DNA from: Candidatus Geothermocultor quzhuomuensis | Lineage (GTDB): Bacteria > Actinomycetota > Aquicultoria > Geothermocultorales > Geothermocultoraceae | NCBI GenBank assembly: GCA_015711795.1 | Contig: JACVJC010000002.1 | Location: forward strand, 35,649-99,648 | Length of the DNA: 64,000 bases | Direction of reading: 5' to 3' | Part shown: one piece after another, positions 10,526-18,975 of the stretch | Layout of the letters: the number at the start of each line of letters is the position of its first letter | Position numbering within the stretch: position 1 is the first letter of the stretch | Program-made: the position numbers and the translations under genes | The notes under the pieces: model-generated | The model's input: the letters and a program-made list of their open reading frames with translations, nothing else | What the model was told of the DNA's origin: nothing | The model's database searches: none

Positions 10526-11683
10526 ATGAACTATTTTTTGACTGAAGAACAGGAAATGATTAAAAACTTAGCCCGAAAAATTACAGACGAGAAAGTCATC
10601 CCAATTAGGCAGGAACTAGATGAAAAAGAAGAATTTCCTTGGGAAGTATTAAAAGTTCTCAGCCAATCGGATTTGATGGGTTTATTTATACCTCCTGAAT
10701 ATGGAGGTTTTGGTTTTGGTTGTTTTGAGATGTGTCTGGTCATTGAAGAACTAAGTCGTGGATGTGGAGGAGTAGCTGTAACTTTTGCTGCCAATGCTCT
10801 TGGCGCTTATCCTATTTTCTTGTTCGGAAACGAAGAGCAAAAAAAGAAATATTTACCTGATGTTGCTCGAGGGAAAAAGATTTGTGCCTTTGGCTTAACC
10901 GAAGCAGAAGCAGGAAGTGATGCAGCTGCCATTAGAACTTCAGCGATTAAGCAAGGGAACGAGTACATCCTTAATGGAACAAAACAATGGATTACCAATG
11001 GTGGAGAAGCAGATATTTATACTGTCATTGCTTTAACTGACAAATCGAAAGGCATACGGGGAGCAAGTGCTTTTATTCTTGAGAAAGGCATGGATGGTTT
11101 TTCTTTTGGCAAGAAAGAGAAGAAAATGGGCATAAGATGTTCGGCAACGAGAGAACTAGTTTTTGAAGATTGTCGAGTTCCTCAAGAAAATCTAATTGGA
11201 CGAGAAGGAATGGGATTTTTAATTGCAATGAAAACCTTAGATATGACCCGTCCAGGCATTGGAGCTCAAAGTGTTGGTATTGCTCAAGGGGCTTTTGAAG
11301 AAGCCCTTAAATATTCTCGAGAGCGAAAACAATTTGGGCAATCTATCTCATCTTTCCAAGCCATTCAGCATATGTTAGCAGATATGGCAACTCAAATTGA
11401 GGCAGCCCGTGCCCTGGTCTATGCAGTAGCTCGATTCATTGATTCCGGAGCTAAAGAGTTTTCTCGAGAATCAGCGATGGCAAAACTTTTTGCTTCCGAT
11501 ATAGCAATGAATGTTACCACTAATGCAGTTCAGATAATGGGAGGTTATGGCTATATGCGTGATTATCCTGTTGAGAAAATGATGAGAGACGCTAAGATTA
11601 CTCAAATTTATGAAGGAACTAATCAAATTCAAAGGAATATTATTGCTTTAAGTTTAATCAAAGAAGCTAGCTCTTGGAGATAA
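10526..11683 (+). CDS. Acyl-CoA dehydrogenase (butyryl-CoA dehydrogenase-like)
   Basis: FGLTEAEAGSD, LNGTKQWITNG, RKQFG, IYEGTNQIQR; start moved to ATG 10526. Confidence 0.93.
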   Translation: MNYFLTEEQEMIKNLARKITDEKVIPIRQELDEKEEFPWEVLKVLSQSDLMGLFIPPEYGGFGFGCFEMCLVIEELSRGCGGVAVTFAANALGAYPIFLFGNEEQKKKYLPDVARGKKICAFGLTEAEAGSDAAAIRTSAIKQGNEYILNGTKQWITNGGEADIYTVIALTDKSKGIRGASAFILEKGMDGFSFGKKEKKMGIRCSATRELVFEDCRVPQENLIGREGMGFLIAMKTLDMTRPGIGAQSVGIAQGAFEEALKYSRERKQFGQSISSFQAIQHMLADMATQIEAARALVYAVARFIDSGAKEFSRESAMAKLFASDIAMNVTTNAVQIMGGYGYMRDYPVEKMMRDAKITQIYEGTNQIQRNIIALSLIKEASSWR

Positions 11684-11687
11684 TTCA

Positions 11688-12473
11688 GTGGAGATAATTG
11701 TTTGTATAAAGCAAGTTCCTGAATCAACCGAGGTCAAGATTAACCCCCAAACCAAAACTTTAGTTCGGGAAAGTGTTAAAGGGATTATTAATCCCTTTGA
11801 TATGTACGCTATTGAGGAAGCTTTAAGACTAAAGGAGAAGTTGGGGGGGAAGGTGACTGCTTTAAGTATGGGTCCACCTCAAGCTGAAGAATCTTTAAGA
11901 GAAGCAATTTCACTCGGTGTTGATGAGGCTATTCTCTTAAGTGATAAAAGTTTTGCTGGTGCTGATACATTAGCTACTGCTTATACTTTAGCCCAGGCAA
12001 TTAAAAGAATTTCTCAATTTGACTTGATAATTTGTGGTAAACAAACTATGGATGGCGATACAGCTCAAGTTGGACCAAGTTTAGCTGAAAAACTTGGTAT
12101 TCCTCATGTTGCTTATGTGAGGAAAATTAATGAGGTTAAAACGGATTCAATTATCTTAGAGCAGATGGTTGAGGAAGGTTATCGGCGTATCAAGATGAGC
12201 CTACCTGGTCTAATTACGGTGGTTAAGGAAATAAATGAGCCAAGATTACCTTCCCTTCGCGGAAAAATGAGGGCTAAAAGCGTTGAGATTTTAATTTGGG
12301 GTGTTAATGATTTTAATATTGAGAAGGAAAAGGTTGGACTTGAAGGTTCTCCAACTCAAGTCATTAAGATTTTTGCTCCTCAGAGGAGGAAGAAGGGCGA
12401 AATTCTCCAAGGTGACATTGATAGTCAGGTTGAACAGTTGGTTAATAAGTTAAAAGAGAGTAGGGTCATTTAA
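11688..12473 (+). CDS. etfB: Electron transfer flavoprotein beta subunit
   Basis: VCIKQVP, INPFD, GADTLATA, DGDTAQVGP, INEPRLPS. Confidence 0.95.
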   Translation: MEIIVCIKQVPESTEVKINPQTKTLVRESVKGIINPFDMYAIEEALRLKEKLGGKVTALSMGPPQAEESLREAISLGVDEAILLSDKSFAGADTLATAYTLAQAIKRISQFDLIICGKQTMDGDTAQVGPSLAEKLGIPHVAYVRKINEVKTDSIILEQMVEEGYRRIKMSLPGLITVVKEINEPRLPSLRGKMRAKSVEILIWGVNDFNIEKEKVGLEGSPTQVIKIFAPQRRKKGEILQGDIDSQVEQLVNKLKESRVI

Positions 12474-13670
12474 GTGAAAACTTTGGATATTTGGGTGATT
12501 GAAGAGAAGTGTAACGGTTGTCAGCTTTGTTTTAAAGCTTGTCCTTACAATGCTATAGAGATAATTAAAAAAAAGGCTGTCATAAAAAAAGAAAATTGTA
12601 ATTTATGTGGTGCTTGTGTTAATGCCTGTCGTTTTGAAGCAATCTTTATAGCTTGCAAGGTTCCGTTAGAACCCGTAGTGGGTTATGAGGGAATTTGGGT
12701 CTTTGTTGAACAAAAGAATGGGAAGTTAGCTCCAGTTGTTTATGAGATTATTGGAGAAGGGAGGAGATTAGCTCAAAAGCTAGGAGCATCTCTTTCAGCT
12801 GTTCTTTTAGGAAGTAAGCTGGAACACCTTGTGGATGAACTAAAGTTTTATCATTTAGACCGGATTTACCTGGTAGATGACCCGGCTCTTAGTGTTTTTA
12901 TGGATGAACCTTACTCCTTTGTTCTTTCCAATCTTATTAAGAAATATAAACCAGAGATTTTTTTAGGGGGGGCTACTTCAATTGGTCGCTCTTTAATCCC
13001 GAGGGTTGCTTCCATTCTTGAAACTGGTTTGACCGCTGATTGCACTTCCTTAGATGTTGATGTGGCTAAAAGACTTTTATTACAAACTCGCCCCGCCTTT
13101 GGTGGCAATATAATGGCAACGATTATTTGCCCTGAAAAACGCCCACAGATGGCAACGGTTCGACCTCATGTAATGAAAAGAGCAGCTAAAAGTTCTGAGG
13201 GCAAATGTGAAATCATAAAAGAAAAATTTGCTATCCCTCCCTTTAAGACACATTATCTTGATTTTATCGAGGACATAATGGAAAATGTTAAGCTGGAAGA
13301 CGCTGATATTATTGTTTCAGGCGGGAGAGGTTTAGGGAAAGCTGAAAACTTTATCATTCTTCAAGAGTTAGCCGATGTTTTAGGGGCAGCTATTGGTGCT
13401 TCCCGAGCAGCCGTTGACGCAGGATGGATATCTTACTCACATCAAATAGGCCAAACAGGAAAAACCGTCAGTCCCAAGGTGTATATTGCCTGTGGCATTT
13501 CTGGGGCTATTCAACATTTAGCTGGGATGCAGACCTCAGAAATCATTATTGCGATTAATAAAGACCCAGATGCCCCCATTTTTCAAAGTGCTACTTATGG
13601 AATTGTTGGTGACTTGTTTGAAATTATTCCCAAACTTACTAAGAAACTTAAAGAAATTTTAGGGAATTAA
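12474..13670 (+). CDS. etfA: Electron transfer flavoprotein alpha subunit with N-terminal 2x[4Fe-4S] ferredoxin domain
   Basis: CNGCQLCFKAC and CNLCGACVNAC, then GLTADCT, RPAFGGN, QIGQTGKTV, GISGAIQH. Confidence 0.95.
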   Translation: MKTLDIWVIEEKCNGCQLCFKACPYNAIEIIKKKAVIKKENCNLCGACVNACRFEAIFIACKVPLEPVVGYEGIWVFVEQKNGKLAPVVYEIIGEGRRLAQKLGASLSAVLLGSKLEHLVDELKFYHLDRIYLVDDPALSVFMDEPYSFVLSNLIKKYKPEIFLGGATSIGRSLIPRVASILETGLTADCTSLDVDVAKRLLLQTRPAFGGNIMATIICPEKRPQMATVRPHVMKRAAKSSEGKCEIIKEKFAIPPFKTHYLDFIEDIMENVKLEDADIIVSGGRGLGKAENFIILQELADVLGAAIGASRAAVDAGWISYSHQIGQTGKTVSPKVYIACGISGAIQHLAGMQTSEIIIAINKDPDAPIFQSATYGIVGDLFEIIPKLTKKLKEILGN

Positions 13671-13688
13671 AAGGGAGCTTGTTAAAGA

Positions 13689-14624
13689 GTGAGGAAAATT
13701 GCCTTTCTCTTCCCAGGTCAAGGTTCGCAGTATGTCGGCATGGGTCTATCTTTTTATCAGAACTTCTCTTTAGCCCAAGAAATTTTTGAGCGATCAGAAA
13801 AAATTTTAAAATGGGAAATAAAAAAAATTTGTTTTGAAGGACCACTTGAAGAACTTTCTCAAACATACTACTCCCAGTTAGCCATCTTTATCGTTGATTA
13901 CATTGCTTATCTTCTAATTAGTCAAAAAGGATTAAAGGCAAGTTTCTTAGCTGGTCATAGTCTTGGAGAATATGTTGCAGTTGTAGCATCTGGAGCTTTA
14001 AGTTTTGAGGAAGGCTTAAAGTTGGTTAATGAGAGAGCAAAGCTTATGGACGAAGCATCAAGAGAGATTTCAGGAGGAATGGTTGCTGTTCTTGGGCTTC
14101 AAACTGATAAGGTTGAAAAAATAGTTAAAAAGCACGGAGTCCAAATTGCTAATTACAATTGCCCTGGCCAAGTAGTTGTTTCAGGAAAAGAAGAAAACCT
14201 CCAAAAATTTTCCCAAGAGATAAAAGGAGCTGGAGCTAGGAAAGTGGTAAGGCTTATGGTCAGCGGGCCTTTTCATTCAAAATATATGAAAAAAACTTCG
14301 GAGAAATTTAAATTGATTTTAAATAAAGTCAAATTTCAAGATAGTCAAATACCAATCATTTCAAATTTTTCCGCTAAAAAGGTTTACAGAAGCGAGGAAA
14401 TTAGAGAAAATTTAGCCAATCAATTAGCAGGTTCGGTGCTTTGGCAAGATTCGATGGAATTGATTTTGAAGGAAGGAGCTTCAATTTTTATCGAGCTTGG
14501 TCCGGGTAAGGTTCTTTCTCGGATAATTAGGAGGATAGCTCAAGATATTTTAGTCTTTAATGTCGAGAATAAAGATTCACTAATTATCTTGGAGGATTCT
14601 TTGAAAGGAATTGGTGAAATTTAA
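13689..14624 (+). CDS. fabD: Malonyl-CoA:ACP transacylase
   Basis: FPGQGSQ, GHSLGEY, VSGPFHS. Confidence 0.96.
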   Translation: MRKIAFLFPGQGSQYVGMGLSFYQNFSLAQEIFERSEKILKWEIKKICFEGPLEELSQTYYSQLAIFIVDYIAYLLISQKGLKASFLAGHSLGEYVAVVASGALSFEEGLKLVNERAKLMDEASREISGGMVAVLGLQTDKVEKIVKKHGVQIANYNCPGQVVVSGKEENLQKFSQEIKGAGARKVVRLMVSGPFHSKYMKKTSEKFKLILNKVKFQDSQIPIISNFSAKKVYRSEEIRENLANQLAGSVLWQDSMELILKEGASIFIELGPGKVLSRIIRRIAQDILVFNVENKDSLIILEDSLKGIGEI

Positions 14625-15370
14625 TGGACTTAAAAGGTAAATCAGCTATTGTTACTGGTGGTTCTAGGGGAATTGGACGAGCAATTTGCCTTAAGTTAGC
14701 TAAATTGGGTGCCGATGTCGCTATCAACTATTATCCTGGTTTAAAGGAGGAAGCAGAGGAACTTAAAAAAGAGATAGAAAAGATTGGTTCTAGAGGATAC
14801 CCAATTGAAGCTGATATATCCAAAATGGATGAAGCAAAAAAGTTAATTGAGCAAGCTGTTGCCACGATGGGGAAAGTAGATATTTTAGTCAATAATGCAG
14901 GAATTACTAGAGATAGTTTAATTTTAAGAATGAGTGAGGATGATTGGGAGAGTGTCCTAGCAGTTAATTTAAAAGGGGTTTTCAATTGTTCACAGGCTGT
15001 TGCTAAGTATATGGTTAAAGAAAGGAAAGGAGTTATAATAAATATTTCATCCGTAGTTGGTTTACGAGGCAATATTGGTCAGGCAAATTATGCAGCTTCA
15101 AAAGCTGGTGTCATTGGATTTACTAAGTCACTAGCCAAAGAGCTGGGCTCAAGAGGGATTAGAGTTAATGCGGTTGCTCCGGGATTTATCGAAACAGGTA
15201 TGACTCAAGGATTCCCTCAAGAATATCGAGAGAAGATTTTAAAGCAAATACCATTAGGCCGTTTTGGATTGCCTAAAGATGTTGCTTCTTTAGTAGCTTT
15301 CCTCGCTTCTGATGAGGCAAGTTATATTACTGGTGAAGTAATTTCAGTTAACGGGGGAATTATACTTTAA
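14624..15370 (+). CDS. fabG: 3-oxoacyl-ACP reductase
   Basis: TGGSRGIG, NNAGITRD, YAASK, VNAVAPGFI. Confidence 0.95.
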   Translation: MDLKGKSAIVTGGSRGIGRAICLKLAKLGADVAINYYPGLKEEAEELKKEIEKIGSRGYPIEADISKMDEAKKLIEQAVATMGKVDILVNNAGITRDSLILRMSEDDWESVLAVNLKGVFNCSQAVAKYMVKERKGVIINISSVVGLRGNIGQANYAASKAGVIGFTKSLAKELGSRGIRVNAVAPGFIETGMTQGFPQEYREKILKQIPLGRFGLPKDVASLVAFLASDEASYITGEVISVNGGIIL

Positions 15371-15415
15371 CTTACTTATTTTTAATTAAGTACGGGGGAA
15401 ATGGGAGGTGATTAA

Positions 15416-15655
15416 ATGGACGAGCGAATTTTTGAAAAAGTTAAAAAGATTGTTTCTACCCAGTTAAGTGTGGCTGAAGATGAAGTAAAAAAAGATTCGT
15501 CTTTTGTTGATGATTTAGGGGCTGATTCTCTTGATCTTGTTGAATTAATTATGGCTCTTGAGGAAGAATTTGCTATTCAAATCTCTGATGAAGAGGCTCA
15601 AGGGATTCGAACAGTTGGGGAAGCAGTCGATTTTATTGAACAAAAGATGGTATAA
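15416..15655 (+). CDS. acpP: Acyl carrier protein
   Basis: [14 protein letters not shown] phosphopantetheine site. Confidence 0.97.
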   Translation: MDERIFEKVKKIVSTQLSVAEDEVKKDSSFVDDLGADSLDLVELIMALEEEFAIQISDEEAQGIRTVGEAVDFIEQKMV

Positions 15656-15678
15656 GTTACTGTAAAAGGAGTAAAGAT

Positions 15679-16665
15679 TTGAGCTTAATTCCTTTAAGAA
15701 TTGGAAAACTAGAAGTTCCTTTGCCAATTATTCAAGGGGGAATGGCAGTAAGAATTTCTCTTTCACCACTGGCAGCAGCTGTAGCTAATGAAGGTGGGAT
15801 AGGTTTAATTGGTGTTTCTGGCATGGATGTTCAAGAAATGGTTGAAGAAATTAGAAAAGCTAAGTGGCTTTCTCGAGGAGTTATAGGTATTAATGTTATG
15901 GTTGCGGTCTCTCAATTTTCTGAGCTAGTTAAGGCAGCCATTCGTGAAAAGATTGACTTAATTGTCGCTGGAGCGGGTTTCTCTAGAGAGGCTTTTGGTT
16001 GGGCTAAGGAAGCAGGGATTCCTTTTATCCCAATTGTTTCTTCCTTAAAAGCAGCTTTACTAGCTGAAAGGTGTGGGGCTGATGCGGTTATTGTTGAGGG
16101 GAAAGAAGCAGGTGGCCATTTAGGAACAGAAAAATCCTTGTTTTCCATTTTACCTGATATTATTAAAGCTCTTAAAATACCTGTAATAGCTGCTGGAGGC
16201 ATTTTAAAAGGCAAGGATATTTGGCGAGCTCTTTCGGCAGGAGCTAAAGGAGTCCAAATTGGCACTCGATTTGCAGCGAGTTTTGAATCTAGTGCTCACA
16301 AAACTTGGAAAGAAACTTATCTCAAAGCTCGGCCAGAGGATATTGTCTTAATTAATAGTCCAGTGGGCATGATTGGAAGAGCTATTCGAACCCTTTTTGT
16401 CGAGGAAATTTTAAAAGGGAAAGCGCCAAAGCCAATTAATTACAAAAGATGTGTCAAGTGTCTCAAATACTGTCAAAAAGATTATTGTATTATTGATGCT
16501 CTTACTCTTGCCCAACAAGGAGATATTGAGAGAGGGTTAGTTTTTTCAGGGGAGCGGGTTGGAGAAATAAATGAGATTTTGCCTGTTAAAAAAATAATTA
16601 AAAATCTTCTAGCTGAAGTTAAGATATATCAATCAGGGGTGAATGAGGTTTGTCAAGAAGGGTAG
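15679..16665 (+). CDS. Nitronate monooxygenase/FabK-family flavoprotein with C-terminal Cys cluster (FabX-like)
   Basis: [53 protein letters not shown]. Confidence 0.8.
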   Translation: MSLIPLRIGKLEVPLPIIQGGMAVRISLSPLAAAVANEGGIGLIGVSGMDVQEMVEEIRKAKWLSRGVIGINVMVAVSQFSELVKAAIREKIDLIVAGAGFSREAFGWAKEAGIPFIPIVSSLKAALLAERCGADAVIVEGKEAGGHLGTEKSLFSILPDIIKALKIPVIAAGGILKGKDIWRALSAGAKGVQIGTRFAASFESSAHKTWKETYLKARPEDIVLINSPVGMIGRAIRTLFVEEILKGKAPKPINYKRCVKCLKYCQKDYCIIDALTLAQQGDIERGLVFSGERVGEINEILPVKKIIKNLLAEVKIYQSGVNEVCQEG

Positions 16666-17888
16666 TGGTTACTGGCTTAGGTCCGATTTCACCTAATGGG
16701 ATAGGGAAAGAATCATTTTGGCACGCGCTTATTAATGGTTATTCGGGAATTGATAAGATTTCATTTTTTGATACTTCTGATTACCCCTCTCAGATCGCTG
16801 GTGAAGTCAGAGATTTTAATCCTCTTGATTTTCTTGATGCTAAGGAATGCAAAAGACTAGACCGATTTAGTCATTTTGCTCTTGCTGCAACCAAATTAGC
16901 TCTTGAAGATGCTAATTTAAAAATTGATGCCAGTAACGCTGAAAGAGTAGGAGTAATTGTTGGTTCAGGCATAGGGGGCCTTTTTACATTAGAAAAGGAA
17001 CATCAAATTTTATTGGAGAAAGGACCGAGAAGGGTAAGCCCCTTTTTGATTCCTATGATGATTGCTAATATGGCAGCGGGCAACATAGCTATTTATAGTG
17101 GGGCAAAGGGGCCAAATAGTTGTGTTGTAACTGCTTGTGCAACTAGTACCCACGCAATTGGAGAGGCCTTTGAGTTAATTAAAAGAGGGGCAGCGGAAGT
17201 TTGCATCACTGGTGGAGCAGAGGCACCTATTACTCCTTTAAGCTTAGCCGGCTTTTGTGCTCTTCGAGCTCTTTCAACTCGTAATGAGGAGCCTCAAAAA
17301 GCTAGTCGTCCTTTTGATGCTAAAAGGGATGGGTTTGTTATCAGCGAAGGAGCAGGAATTTTAGTTTTAGAAGAGATGAACGCAGCTCTCAAGAGAGGGG
17401 CTCATATTTATTGTGAAATTGTTGGTTATGGGATGAGCGGAGATGCTTATCATATTACAGCCCCTGACCCTGAAGGTAAAGGAGCTGCTCGAGCCATGCA
17501 AAATGCTTTAAATGAAGCCAACATCGAGGCTTCATTAGTAAATTACATTAATGCCCATGGAACTTCTACTCCCTACAATGACGAGTTTGAAACTTTAGCC
17601 ATTAAAAATGTCTTCGGCTCACACGCTTACAACCTCATTGTTTCTTCAACAAAATCTATGACTGGTCATCTACTAGGAGCAGCTGGAGGGCTAGAGGCAA
17701 TAATTTGCTCTCTTGTAATTGAGAGAAGTGTTATCCCTCCAACCATAAATTATGAATTCCCTGACCCCCTTTGCGATTTAAATTATGCTCCCAATAAAGC
17801 GATTAATAGGGAAGTTAAGGTGGCTTTGTCGAACTCTCTCGGATTCGGTGGTCATAATGCCACCCTTTGCTTTAAAAAGTTTGAGTAG
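16650..17888 (+). CDS. fabF: Beta-ketoacyl-ACP synthase II
   Basis: [34 protein letters not shown]. Confidence 0.96.
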   Translation: MSRRVVVTGLGPISPNGIGKESFWHALINGYSGIDKISFFDTSDYPSQIAGEVRDFNPLDFLDAKECKRLDRFSHFALAATKLALEDANLKIDASNAERVGVIVGSGIGGLFTLEKEHQILLEKGPRRVSPFLIPMMIANMAAGNIAIYSGAKGPNSCVVTACATSTHAIGEAFELIKRGAAEVCITGGAEAPITPLSLAGFCALRALSTRNEEPQKASRPFDAKRDGFVISEGAGILVLEEMNAALKRGAHIYCEIVGYGMSGDAYHITAPDPEGKGAARAMQNALNEANIEASLVNYINAHGTSTPYNDEFETLAIKNVFGSHAYNLIVSSTKSMTGHLLGAAGGLEAIICSLVIERSVIPPTINYEFPDPLCDLNYAPNKAINREVKVALSNSLGFGGHNATLCFKKFE

Positions 17889-18584
17889 ATGGAAGAGTTT
17901 CTAAACCACTTAAAAAAAGCAGAAAAAAGAATCGGAGTTAAATTTAAGGATAAATTTTTTCTTTTCCAAGCTTTAGTCCACAATTCTTTTGCTTTTGAGA
18001 GGAATATCTCTTCATCATTTCAAAAATTAGAATTTTTAGGAGATGCTGTTTTAAACCTTGTGGTTGCGGAATTTGTTTTTTTTCGCTTTCCCCATTATGA
18101 CGAGGGAAAATTAGCTAAAATGAGAGCGAAATTAGTTAATAAGGTAGTTCTCTCCGAGGTGGCTTTTAAGATTGGGCTTGATGAGCTGATTCTTCTCGGG
18201 AAAGGGGCTAAAGGAGATGAAAGAGGAAAAATAAGTTCAATTTTTTCCGATTCAGTTGAAGCTTTAATTGGAGCTATCTTCTTAGACCAGGGGCTAGCTA
18301 AAGCTAAAAACTTTATTTTAACTTATTTTCAAGATTTTCTCTTTGGGAAGGAAAGAGTTGAAGAGGATTACAAGACTGAGCTCCAGGAGCTCTCTATAAA
18401 GAAATTAGGTGCTTTGCCAGTTTACAATCTTGTAGAAGAGGAGGGTCCTGTTCATTCGCGTATTTTTACAACAGAGGTCAAAATTAAAAGGAAAAAGTAT
18501 GGAGTGGGAAAAGGGATGAGTAAAAAAACTTCTGAACAGCAAGCAGCCAAAGAAGCTTTAAAAAAACTAAGAGAAATGAAATAA
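17889..18584 (+). CDS. rnc: Ribonuclease III
   Basis: KLEFLGDAVL signature, SDSVEALIGA, C-terminal dsRBD. Confidence 0.95.
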   Translation: MEEFLNHLKKAEKRIGVKFKDKFFLFQALVHNSFAFERNISSSFQKLEFLGDAVLNLVVAEFVFFRFPHYDEGKLAKMRAKLVNKVVLSEVAFKIGLDELILLGKGAKGDERGKISSIFSDSVEALIGAIFLDQGLAKAKNFILTYFQDFLFGKERVEEDYKTELQELSIKKLGALPVYNLVEEEGPVHSRIFTTEVKIKRKKYGVGKGMSKKTSEQQAAKEALKKLREMK

Positions 18585-18808
18585 ATCTTCAAGAGAGAGG
18601 TTTGGATTTTGCATAAAAAGCCCTATTAATTTTGGGTTTTGAATAATTAATGTTTATTTGGCTTTAGTTTTGGTAAACTTGTTACCCTTTTAGCTTTAAA
18701 TTTAGTGATTATTTCACTTTGCTAAGTCTATTAAATGAATAATTAATGAATATAATTCCCTTTATTGATTAAAAATTCTAAGATACTGGAAATGTTTAAA
18801 AAATAGTA

Positions 18809-18837
18809 TTGACAAAAAAAAAATTTCGTTATATACT
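18809..18837 (+). promoter_or_regulatory. Sigma70-type promoter
   Basis: TTGACA (18809-14), 17-nt spacer, TATACT (18832-37). Confidence 0.8.
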
Positions 18838-18843
18838 ATGCAG

Positions 18844-18892
18844 CGTAGGAGAACGGGCTTTCGCCTCCTTTCACCCGTTCTCCGGTTTTTTT
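18844..18892 (+). ncRNA. Putative ~50-nt single-hairpin small RNA or attenuated leader with anti-SD loop
   Basis: 10-bp stem GGAGAACGGG/CCCGTTCTCC, loop CTTTCGCCTCCTTTCA, T7 tract, immediately after the promoter. Confidence 0.55.
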
Positions 18893-18975
18893 AACATACC
18901 AGAAATATACCCCTTTTTCAAGAATATTTTTATCTATGGTAAAATAACTTTTCAGAACAAGTTTCGGAGGTTGGT

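Noticed and set aside
18848-18883. Minus-strand SD (GAAAGGAGG) for a hidden type I toxin
   Set aside because: No start codon at a usable distance on the minus strand; promoter and T-tract point to the plus strand.
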